DNA from: a virus
Taxonomy: Duplodnaviria > Heunggongvirae > Uroviricota > Caudoviricetes
DNA: 16,776 nucleotides
IMG/VR virus record: IMGVR_UViG_3300037089_000535
Reading direction: 5' to 3' (one strand)
The translations under genes were made by a program, and so were the position numbers. The notes beneath the pieces were generated by a model. It did no database searches and had not been told where the DNA came from. It saw only the letters and a program-made list of their open reading frames with translations. Of this stretch, positions 1 to 7,543 are shown piece after piece (within the stretch, counting starts at the first letter, position 1; every line of letters starts with the position of its first letter).

Positions 1-132
1 GATCCTTTTGAATTTGAGAAATTCATAGACGATCAAATTGGAATAATAGAAAATGTGAATAAGAAATCTAGAGATAATAATGGCCTAATTAATCTAATGT
101 CATCATTATCATCAATTGGAAGGGTGTTATGA
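1..132 (+). CDS. 3' end of a hypothetical protein (partial)
   Basis: Frame 1 is open from base 1 (DPFEFEKFIDDQIGIIENVNKK...SIGRVL) to TGA 130-132, which overlaps ATG 129 (ATGA). Not in the ORF track. Confidence 0.75.
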   Translation, partial: DPFEFEKFIDDQIGIIENVNKKSRDNNGLINLMSSLSSIGRVL

Positions 133-659
133 GGGAATTTGCATTGTGCAGAGAATTATCACTAAAACTTGCAAAGGATCTTGGAGCGACTCCATTTTCA
201 ATTGGAAAGATTAGTTTGACTCACTCAGATCTGTTAACTAAAAAGATTCTAAATGTATCAGACGAAGATGGTGAGGTTAGGAAGGTTCCAATTTGGTACG
301 GAGAAGCAAGTGGTGCAGAGGGAACTGCCTGCTGTTTACTTGCTGCACTCGATGTTGATCCAGACAAGCTTGAGTTTGCTTGTGTCATTGGATTTAAAGA
401 TTTTAGTGGCGAATTCCAACCAGAATCAATTAGGATGTCTTTCCATTACGACTGGGCAAATGACGAAGATCCAGGAACTATGGTGATGAAAGCCGGAGAT
501 CAATGGTTGCCGATCAGTTTGGCCCAGCGGCTGCAGCTTATTTTGGGGTTTGAAACAATGGTGCAAGATGGAATTCTATGGCAACCTTCTTCGAATATAC
601 CGGAAGAACTTCAGAAAGATCTGGCTGAGATAATTGAGGTTGACGAAAAAAGTACCTAA
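129..659 (+). CDS. Hypothetical protein, 176 aa, acidic
   Basis: Long ORF coupled to the upstream stop; no recognisable motif. Confidence 0.85.
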   Translation: MREFALCRELSLKLAKDLGATPFSIGKISLTHSDLLTKKILNVSDEDGEVRKVPIWYGEASGAEGTACCLLAALDVDPDKLEFACVIGFKDFSGEFQPESIRMSFHYDWANDEDPGTMVMKAGDQWLPISLAQRLQLILGFETMVQDGILWQPSSNIPEELQKDLAEIIEVDEKST

Positions 660-681
660 TGGTACCATGCCGCGCTAGCTA

Positions 682-891
682 ATGAGCGGACACAACATGG
701 TATTCTGGATATTGACGCCTCACAAAATAGAGGCTCATAGCAGTAATCTATCTGATTTTATTGCTGATGATCTTTTGTGCTCCATTCAATTATCTTCAAC
801 AAAGATAGCCACAGATAAAATCTGTCTAGAGAATTTGCAGAAACAATATCCTTCATATCACAGATATGAGATAAGCATAGGTAAGTTGTAA
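682..891 (+). CDS. Small hypothetical protein, 69 aa (alternative start ATG 697)
   Basis: Fills the gap between flanking genes; its TAA (889-891) abuts ATG 892. Confidence 0.55.
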   Translation: MSGHNMVFWILTPHKIEAHSSNLSDFIADDLLCSIQLSSTKIATDKICLENLQKQYPSYHRYEISIGKL

Positions 892-1332
892 ATGTCTGAT
901 GTTGGATTTATTTCAAAGTTCATTGCTGAATCTGCGGCTAAGGGAATTGATGCCAAAGAGATTGCCAAGCAAGAAATACAAAGCATTGATGAAGCGCTTA
1001 ATAAAGCTGAAGAGTTGAAGGTTCGCAGAATGAAATTGTGTTCTGTGTTAGATCATTTGGGCGATGATACATATCGCCGCCGTAGAACTAGCACAACTCA
1101 AGCATCAGAAGATATAGATATCGAAAACAATGCAGAATTGTTGAAAAAGATTATCGACGTAGTTGGCGAACATTCGCCAATCGAGGTCAGGGATTTGATT
1201 AATAAGTCTGGTGGATATGATAAAGACATTCTAATCATGCGTGCCTTAAAATGGCTTGGCGATCAGGAAATTGTTTCACGAGATTCAGACAGGCGAGTTC
1301 AACCAGGAAAAAATTGGAAGAAGGAAATATAA
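892..1332 (+). CDS. Hypothetical protein with N-terminal coiled coil and possible C-terminal winged-helix
   Basis: Heptad-like IQSIDEALNKAEELKVRRMKL. The C-terminal IEVRDLINKSGG...IMRALKWLGDQEIVSRD segment has a wHTH-like pattern. TAA overlaps ATG 1332. Confidence 0.75.
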   Translation: MSDVGFISKFIAESAAKGIDAKEIAKQEIQSIDEALNKAEELKVRRMKLCSVLDHLGDDTYRRRRTSTTQASEDIDIENNAELLKKIIDVVGEHSPIEVRDLINKSGGYDKDILIMRALKWLGDQEIVSRDSDRRVQPGKNWKKEI

Positions 1333-2117
1333 TGGAAAAGATTATTATTGGTAATGTTGAGTGGCTAAGAAACGATTATCGAAAAGACATTACGATTGGC
1401 GGCATAACGTTTCCAACTCTTGAACACGCCTATCAAGCTTCGAAGACAAAGGATCGTGCAATCAAGCTGACGATTGCTACTGCAGAAAGTGTTCGAGAAG
1501 CCCGCAAGATTGGTCGCACTCTCAAGAAGAGCGACGATTTTGGTGCAGAGGCGGCAATGGCAGTTCTGTTACGTCAGAAGTTTTCTGACACAGATCTTGG
1601 TGAAATGCTTGCTAAAACAGGTTCTGTACCCATTACGATGGAAGGATACGATGAGTATTGGGGTACTGGGGATACTGGCCGTGGTGAGGATGTAATGGGA
1701 TCACTTATTCAGACATTGCGTAGTGATCTTCAATTCATATATGGAATTGATCCTGAAGATTCAAATGATGGTTCTGATGATGAAGAAGATGCCCCCACAT
1801 TGAAGCGGGCACTTCTTAATGGTGGAATTGACGAAACATTGGCAGTGGCCTGTCAAGATCTCCTAGAAGGAGCAAAGGCTGTTATGTCTTTGGTCGATGC
1901 CAATGATTATAATGCCGATTACATCGCTAAGAAGACCGGCGTTGATCGGGCTTCGGTTGAGGGCGCAATCAGGAAGGTTCAGGCCTTCAATGAGACCATC
2001 ACAAAGATAGAAGATCTGTTGGAGACGCCCAATGATGATGTTTCATCTGATGAAGATGAAGACGAAGACGAAGACGAAGATGATGAGGACCACGACGATC
2101 AGAGCACAATGGATTAA
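1332..2117 (+). CDS. NADAR (YbiA-like) domain protein with C-terminal HTH-like region and acidic tail, 261 aa
   Basis: NADAR motifs FPTLEHAYQASK, ARKIGR, LRQKF, KTG and DEYWGTG. The start is better placed at ATG 1332 (TAATG overlap) than at 1251. Confidence 0.85.
   Translation: MEKIIIGNVEWLRNDYRKDITIGGITFPTLEHAYQASKTKDRAIKLTIATAESVREARKIGRTLKKSDDFGAEAAMAVLLRQKFSDTDLGEMLAKTGSVPITMEGYDEYWGTGDTGRGEDVMGSLIQTLRSDLQFIYGIDPEDSNDGSDDEEDAPTLKRALLNGGIDETLAVACQDLLEGAKAVMSLVDANDYNADYIAKKTGVDRASVEGAIRKVQAFNETITKIEDLLETPNDDVSSDEDEDEDEDEDDEDHDDQSTMD
2052..2081 (+). repeat. (GAAGAY)x5 coding microsatellite encoding the poly-ED acidic tail
   Basis: GAAGAT GAAGAC GAAGAC GAAGAC GAAGAT read directly from the sequence. 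Confidence 0.9.
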
Positions 2118-2133
2118 TTCATCAAATTTTCTT

Positions 2134-2159
2134 CTGGGAGCCCTTAATCGGGCTCCTGG
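2134..2159 (+). terminator. GC-rich hairpin, probable intrinsic terminator
   Basis: CTGGGAGCCC-TTAATC-GGGCTCCTGG has 7 Watson-Crick bp extendable with G-U pairs and lies just after the NADAR stop. The U-tract is imperfect (CTATTT). Confidence 0.6.
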
Positions 2160-2164
2160 CTATT

Positions 2165-2195
2165 TAAAATGTCGAGTGTCCTGGTACAGCCATAT
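2165..2195 (+). promoter_or_regulatory. Copy 1 of intergenic motif TAAA-N-TGTCGAG-N12-GCC (candidate phage promoter)
   Basis: TAAA A TGTCGAG TGTCCTGGTACA GCCATAT; identical spacing to copy 2 at 3837. Confidence 0.5.
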
Positions 2196-2202
2196 CATTT
2201 GC

Positions 2203-2793
2203 ATGACTATGCATGAGGTAAAGCCAGAAATATATGGGAAGAATGCCAAGAGGCTTGGCATTACTCCGGCGGTGGCGATGGTGAACCCGAAGAACCCATA
2301 CAATGTTGGGGCCGCGTTGCGCGCAGCGTCTTGCTTTGGGGTTCCGCAGGTTTGGTTTACCGGCTCGCGGGTTGGGCTTGGTCTCAAGGGACAGAGTCGG
2401 TTGCCGCGCGAGGAGCGCATGAAGGGCTATCGTGATGTTGAGCTGCGACACTTCGACTACTTCTTTGATCAGTTCAATGACGATGTAGTTCCGGTGGCAA
2501 TCGAGTTGAGGCACAATGCAGAAGCGCTGCCTAGATTCAACCATCCAGAGAAGGCGCTGTACATCTTTGGGCCAGAGGATGGATCAATTCCACAATCTGT
2601 TCTGAAGGAGTGCCACAGGTTTGTTGTGATTCCGACACGTCATTGCGTTAATTTAGCTGCAGCTGTCTATCTTGTGCTATATGATCGGCAAGTAAAATCA
2701 TCACCGGATCTTACCATTGCTGATTGTCTGGCCGAACGGAGGTTTGATTTTCCAGAAAACGCTGAATTAGCTGCAGAACTTGGGTTGGCATGA
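2203..2793 (+). CDS. SpoU/TrmH-family (SPOUT) RNA 2'-O-methyltransferase
   Basis: SPOUT motifs NPKNPYNVGAALRAASCFG, YIFGPEDGSI and VVIPTRHCVNLAAAVYLVLYDR. Start at ATG 2203 or 2209; the ORF-track extension to 2032 runs through the NADAR tail and terminator. Confidence 0.88.
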   Translation: MTMHEVKPEIYGKNAKRLGITPAVAMVNPKNPYNVGAALRAASCFGVPQVWFTGSRVGLGLKGQSRLPREERMKGYRDVELRHFDYFFDQFNDDVVPVAIELRHNAEALPRFNHPEKALYIFGPEDGSIPQSVLKECHRFVVIPTRHCVNLAAAVYLVLYDRQVKSSPDLTIADCLAERRFDFPENAELAAELGLA

Positions 2794-3110
2794 ATCGAGT
2801 TGACTTAGCAAAAGCCATTCATGCCAGGCTTCATGGCAGCCTTCCGCATCGGAAAATTTACCAGGCCATAGGTATAATCGTTGAACAGATTGCCAGTGAT
2901 TTAGTGAATGATCAAGTTGTCACTGCGCGAAAGTTCGGTACTTTAAGTCCGCACATACGTGTAGCTCACTTTGCTCACAACGTATGCACTGGTATGATAA
3001 GGAAATTAGGCCAGGTAAAATCGGTCAAGTTTCATCCACACGAAGCATTCACCAGTCTTATTCATGATCGTCAAGAGCGTTTTAGGCAAAAGGTGATTGA
3101 TAAAACTTGA
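2790..3110 (+). CDS. Divergent HU/IHF-like DNA-binding protein
   Basis: Pattern MNRVDLAKAI...IVEQIASDL...V...FGTL...R...N.CTG...VKFHP matches the HU/IHF fold. ATGA overlap with the upstream gene. Confidence 0.75.
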   Translation: MNRVDLAKAIHARLHGSLPHRKIYQAIGIIVEQIASDLVNDQVVTARKFGTLSPHIRVAHFAHNVCTGMIRKLGQVKSVKFHPHEAFTSLIHDRQERFRQKVIDKT

Positions 3111-3135
3111 CTATAATCTTAGAATTTAGTAATAT
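3107..3135 (+). promoter_or_regulatory. Sigma70-type promoter TTGACT-N17-TAATAT
   Basis: -35 at 3107-3112 (overlapping the TGA of the HU-like gene), 17-nt spacer, -10 at 3130-3135, and a GGAG SD upstream of ATG 3184. Confidence 0.6.
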
Positions 3136-3183
3136 CACAATACCGGGCGATGAGCCTATTAAAAAGACAGAACGGAGTAGTGT

Positions 3184-3753
3184 ATGTCTAGCCATTCAGA
3201 TAATGCAGTTGATAACGCCGAACTTGACATGAGAGGTGAAAAAGGAACCCGTGGACCAAGGGCGAAGTTTATCGTCGTTGCGGCGCTATTAAACAAGAAG
3301 ATCATAATGGATAGCGTTCCGGCCGATGATGAAGAGTCAGCCAGCATAGCTTTCCTAAATAAGCATGATGGGGTTGATGTAAAGTCATTGACATTCGAAT
3401 ACGGCCAGAACTGCAAGGAAATTGGCGGTGGTCAGGGCTTCTATCTAGCCAAGGGTACTGGAGCGTCGGAGGCGGCCCGCCAAAGCGTCACTGTCCCAGC
3501 ATCGCAATTCCGCCCAACGCCCACTTCTGTCCGCGCCGAGTATCGCGGCTGGATTGTTTACGGCAACGGCATCCGAGCTTTCAGCGTCAATGGTCCCAAT
3601 GGTCCCGTGTCGTACGAAGATGATGAGCTTTTCTCCATTCTCTTCGATCAGCTTGCTGACAAGAACAACAAGGTGCCAAAGCCGAAGCTGAAGAAGAATG
3701 AAGCCGTAAGGGCTGAGGAACTCAAGATCCTCAAGTCGCACGCGGCTACGTAA
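3184..3753 (+). CDS. Hypothetical protein, 189 aa, apparently monocistronic
   Basis: GGAG SD, own promoter and terminator, and a visibly GC-richer second half. No recognisable domain. Confidence 0.85.
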   Translation: MSSHSDNAVDNAELDMRGEKGTRGPRAKFIVVAALLNKKIIMDSVPADDEESASIAFLNKHDGVDVKSLTFEYGQNCKEIGGGQGFYLAKGTGASEAARQSVTVPASQFRPTPTSVRAEYRGWIVYGNGIRAFSVNGPNGPVSYEDDELFSILFDQLADKNNKVPKPKLKKNEAVRAEELKILKSHAAT

Positions 3754-3776
3754 AATAACCAGGCCTCGCCCCCAAT

Positions 3777-3800
3777 AGCCGGAGTTCATCCGGCTTTTTT
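3777..3800 (+). terminator. Rho-independent terminator
   Basis: AGCCGGA-GTTCA-TCCGGCT with a T6 run at 3795-3800. Confidence 0.9.
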
Positions 3801-3836
3801 GGTTTAACGTATCGGCCCATTGGCCTATGCATATTC

Positions 3837-3868
3837 TAAAGTGTCGAGAGCTAATGTCACGCCGAATG
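3837..3868 (+). promoter_or_regulatory. Copy 2 of intergenic motif TAAA-N-TGTCGAG-N12-GCC (candidate phage promoter)
   Basis: TAAA G TGTCGAG AGCTAATGTCAC GCCGAATG; GCC lies 19 nt before ATG 3880. Confidence 0.5.
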
Positions 3869-3879
3869 CAGAAGGGAAC

Positions 3880-4215
3880 ATGAAAGTACGAGAAAAGAAA
3901 AACCTGTTGAAGAAATATTCAGAGCTTAGAGAACAGATTATTAGAACGCTTGATAACTCTGATTACGAAATAGATGTTGATGGAGATGCCGTTGATCAAA
4001 TTCAAGGGCATAGCCTATTAAACATTCAAAATAGCTTATCTAAAAACAATCTGATGAAACTTAGAGCCATTGATGAGGCTATTGAGCTGATATCAAAGGG
4101 CGAGTACGGGGATTGCTCAGAGTGCGGAGAACCAATTGAAGTGAAACGCCTGGAAGCTATGCCAGGCGTCATTACCTGCGTGCTCTGCGCCGAGCAATTA
4201 GAATTACGTAGATAA
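3880..4215 (+). CDS. dksA: DksA/TraR-family C4 zinc-finger protein, 111 aa
   Basis: Coiled coil with a DxxD tip (DAVD), then GEYGDCSECGEPIEVKRLEAMP and CVLC. ATG 3880 follows GAAGGGA and is preferred over TTG 3820. Confidence 0.9.
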   Translation: MKVREKKNLLKKYSELREQIIRTLDNSDYEIDVDGDAVDQIQGHSLLNIQNSLSKNNLMKLRAIDEAIELISKGEYGDCSECGEPIEVKRLEAMPGVITCVLCAEQLELRR

Positions 4216-4295
4216 TTACAGTATTATTGTAATATGTACGGTATGTGACGTCTTAAACCTACAGGTCAATAACGCAGTATTTCGTTGAGGCTAAT

Positions 4296-4979
4296 ATGCG
4301 GAAAACCAATCTTAATCCAATTTTTTTCGAGAAGACTAAGGACGGTGAACGGATATACGATGTGTCATCTCGGTTGATGAAGGACCGAGTAATTTATTTA
4401 GATTGTGAAATAGACGAGGAAGTTACAAGTGAAATAACATCTCTGATATTCTTACTAGACAGAGAAAATAGCGATCAAAAAATTAAGTTGTGGATTAATT
4501 GTCCAGGAGGAATCGCTCAGGGCTTCTTTGCTATTTACGACATGATTCAAAGGGTCAAGGCTCCTGTAGAGACGGTTTGTATTGGGGAGGCCAGCTCAGC
4601 GGCGGCAATACTTCTGGCGTCAGGATCTCAGGGCATGCGTTATGCAATGCCAAATTCTAGAATCATGATTCATCAGATTCAGGTTGAAGGCTTGGCTGGT
4701 TCAAATGCAGAAATAGAAATAGGAACCAAAGAACTCAAAGAGGTTCAAGATCGCCTTACCGAAATATTAGCAAGACATACCGGGCACACAAAGGCAAAGA
4801 TCAAAAGGGATACAAAGATGGATAAATTCCTTTCAGCTAATGGTGCTCTTGAATATGGGTTGATAGATAAAATTCTACCTACAGCAAAAAAACAACCAGA
4901 ATTACTAAAGAGGGAAGTCAAGAAAGGTAATAGTACTGATAGTGTAGAAGATGCGGATGATGATGACGAAAATGAATGA
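4296..4979 (+). CDS. clpP: ClpP protease proteolytic subunit with acidic C-terminal tail
   Basis: GERIYDVSSRLMKDRVIYL, INCPGG, CIGEASSAAA (Ser), NSRIMIHQ (His) and MDKFLSA (Asp); the triad appears intact. Confidence 0.95.
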   Translation: MRKTNLNPIFFEKTKDGERIYDVSSRLMKDRVIYLDCEIDEEVTSEITSLIFLLDRENSDQKIKLWINCPGGIAQGFFAIYDMIQRVKAPVETVCIGEASSAAAILLASGSQGMRYAMPNSRIMIHQIQVEGLAGSNAEIEIGTKELKEVQDRLTEILARHTGHTKAKIKRDTKMDKFLSANGALEYGLIDKILPTAKKQPELLKREVKKGNSTDSVEDADDDDENE

Positions 4980-5250
4980 TTGGCTGTCTCATAAAATTAG
5001 ATTTCTAGCAAATAGAGTTCGTTGTTCAAGATGTAATGCAGATTCTTCTTCAGCTGTTTTTGTAATAGGCGAAAACATAAAATTCAAAATACCAATAGAA
5101 ATCAAGGATGATTACAGTCCTATTTTCAAAAAGTCTGGAAGAATGACAATTAATAAATACTATCAATTGATATCAATTGAGGGTTTGAGCAGAATATGCA
5201 CGCGGTGCGGCAAATCTAGAAAGACAAGCATTCCAAATGGCTTTTCATAA
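4972..5250 (+). CDS. Zn-ribbon hypothetical protein, 92 aa
   Basis: Two CxxC pairs (CSRC, CTRC). ATG 4972 overlaps the end of clpP. Confidence 0.7.
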   Translation: MNDWLSHKIRFLANRVRCSRCNADSSSAVFVIGENIKFKIPIEIKDDYSPIFKKSGRMTINKYYQLISIEGLSRICTRCGKSRKTSIPNGFS

Positions 5251-5274
5251 GGGTGTATTTAAACATTAGTGTGT

Positions 5275-7161
5275 ATGATTGAAATCTATGCCAAAAGGCA
5301 GCGAGTCAAGAGGAAAAATCCTCAGCAAGAAGCTATTGTTAGCGAAAAGGATAAGCTCAACGAGAGAACGTCTAAGCTGATTGCTTTGATGAGGTCTATG
5401 AAGAGTGGGTGGAATGGCGGGCCATCTCCTGAAATTGGTGTTGAGAAATTCAATCTGACACAACCACTCCCAGATGTAGTTGTAGGAACAGGTGATGCGG
5501 CCCTGCACGAGCTGACAGATATCGTTCAAATACTTCGACAAGTTAAGACGATGCAGGATAACTATTCAGCAGCTCGTGCCCAAAGAGCTGAACAGTTGAA
5601 GCAAACCCAGCCAGCACCACAAGAGGCTCCGGCGCAATCGCCGCCACAACCATTGGCCACTGCGTCTGCAGTTGTTGATGAATTTCTGAAAACGGCAAGT
5701 AACCCGTTGACAAGAATATGGACGCACCTAATTGCGTACAATCCATTCGTAAGTGAAAAGGATCGTGGGCAGAGACTTTATCTATTGAGGGCACTAGCAA
5801 GAATAGATAATAACCTTAAGGTTGTCGAAGATCATGTTCTTAGCATGGGCGAAGCTTCATTGTTAGAATCTATATACATAGCGAAACAATTGTACAGTGA
5901 TGCTAAGTCTTCATTCTTTGGAGTCTTTCGAAAGAATATAGATGAAATGTTGGCGTCTGCTGATAATCAACTGGAAGATCTGAAAAAAGAACTGAAGAAT
6001 AAGTTGAATAAAAAACCAGAGAAAGGTCAACTTACAAATAATGTTGCTGTTATTCTTCGTGGTGTAGAGGATGCACAAGAGGCTATCAGTGGTGATTCTA
6101 TTACAAGCAATGATGGTTATTCGGCTCCAGAACCTAATGGTGAACAGCCTCCGTTGAAAACGGAGCCGGTTAGAATACCATCAGAAGAATTGCCAATACA
6201 GCCAGAAGGGCCTGTAAAGAGTAAAACACCATTGAGAAAGGTTCCTAGTAGGACTCGAAGAAAGAGAAGGGTCCCAATAGCTCAAGCCCCAGAGGTTCCA
6301 AATAGCGATTTTATCGATTCTGATTTTGAGCAATCGCAACAAGTTCGCTATCTAGAAATAGCCAAATATCTTTATGGAAATGTAGATGCTTTGGTTAAGC
6401 AAGCGCATGATGTTGTTCAGAGCAATTTGTCCGAACCATGGAACGCCAGGGTGAAGCTTGAGTATCGAAAGGTTTATAAGTTAGGAGAGTTAACTGTATC
6501 AAGGATTCGCAATGGTGAAGATTATGAATTTGATTATCTTGAATTCTTGAAGTCCGTTGGTGTAATTAAATCTATTGAATACATGGCATCTGTACAATCA
6601 CAAGATGATGTTACAACTACAATAGATGATGGTGATGTAAATTCTCAGGCTGATAATTTTGCAAAGTCAGAATTTTCAAAGTATCGAGATCTTGCGACAG
6701 CTAAGATTTCGCAGGCAAGTACATATGCTTCAAGATTTATAAAGCGCATGATTACACACATCATACCGAGACGTGATAGGAATCTTAGACTGTTGATTAG
6801 CCGTAATGTTCGTCAAGCGCGCAGTGGGCTTCAAGGCATGTTAGACACTCTTGAGGATAGGCATTTGAATTTCAGGCGTCTGTCAGCTAATAGCGAATTG
6901 TTTTATGATTCACTAATTAGTTGTTATGAGGCACTAGCTGATTTGGCAGATATGTATAACTCAAGTATGAGAATTGAGAAGTCTTATCGCAAACAAAAGC
7001 ATGACAGAATGCCATATGATCTAATTCCAACACTTGATATTAATGCTCTAAGAATGATGCAAAGATATTTGGAGGCTGACCGAATGAGTATTCAAAAGCT
7101 TCAGGAATTAGAAAATTCAATAACAGAAACCTCTAATGCATTAGAGGGAAATGATGGATGA
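5275..7161 (+). CDS. Large hypothetical helical protein (~628 aa) with Pro/Gln-rich linkers and a possible internal repeat
   Basis: Long ORF (start GTG 5269 or ATG 5275) with linkers QPAPQEAPAQSPPQP and PEPNGEQPP...PIAQAPEVP. Confidence 0.85.
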   Translation: MIEIYAKRQRVKRKNPQQEAIVSEKDKLNERTSKLIALMRSMKSGWNGGPSPEIGVEKFNLTQPLPDVVVGTGDAALHELTDIVQILRQVKTMQDNYSAARAQRAEQLKQTQPAPQEAPAQSPPQPLATASAVVDEFLKTASNPLTRIWTHLIAYNPFVSEKDRGQRLYLLRALARIDNNLKVVEDHVLSMGEASLLESIYIAKQLYSDAKSSFFGVFRKNIDEMLASADNQLEDLKKELKNKLNKKPEKGQLTNNVAVILRGVEDAQEAISGDSITSNDGYSAPEPNGEQPPLKTEPVRIPSEELPIQPEGPVKSKTPLRKVPSRTRRKRRVPIAQAPEVPNSDFIDSDFEQSQQVRYLEIAKYLYGNVDALVKQAHDVVQSNLSEPWNARVKLEYRKVYKLGELTVSRIRNGEDYEFDYLEFLKSVGVIKSIEYMASVQSQDDVTTTIDDGDVNSQADNFAKSEFSKYRDLATAKISQASTYASRFIKRMITHIIPRRDRNLRLLISRNVRQARSGLQGMLDTLEDRHLNFRRLSANSELFYDSLISCYEALADLADMYNSSMRIEKSYRKQKHDRMPYDLIPTLDINALRMMQRYLEADRMSIQKLQELENSITETSNALEGNDG

Positions 7162-7543
7162 TGTAATCAGTATTAAGGGACAGGTATTCTCAACTTTAGT
7201 AGCTGTTACAGAAACTGAACAGTGCCAAGGGTTGATGTATCAGAAATGGCCGCCTCCAATTATGTCATTTCCATATAGGCACGCAGCTCAAAGAAAATTT
7301 TGGATGAAGAATGTAATGACTCCATTAGACATTGTATTTTGTAGAGGCAATTGCGTTATTGGGATATTTAGAGGAGAACCATTTTCTACGAAATTGGTTG
7401 GTCCAAATGAGCCAGCAGACCTTGTGGTCGAGCTTCCTGCCGGGACTGCGTCCAATTTGGGCCTAAGTATCGGAGATTATGTAGGCTTCACCCCCACCAA
7501 AATTACGGCAGAACGTCAAAGAAAGTACGGTGTTTCTTTTTGA
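7151..7543 (+). CDS. DUF192 (UPF0127) family protein
   Basis: Motifs EQCQGLMY, FWMKNVMTPLDIVF and VVELPAG. Confidence 0.9.
   Translation: MMDDVISIKGQVFSTLVAVTETEQCQGLMYQKWPPPIMSFPYRHAAQRKFWMKNVMTPLDIVFCRGNCVIGIFRGEPFSTKLVGPNEPADLVVELPAGTASNLGLSIGDYVGFTPTKITAERQRKYGVSF

Noticed and set aside
4296-4979. ClpP as a prohead maturation protease
   Set aside because: It has the housekeeping-type N-terminus (GERIYD..SRL..DR), and no portal, capsid or scaffold gene is adjacent.
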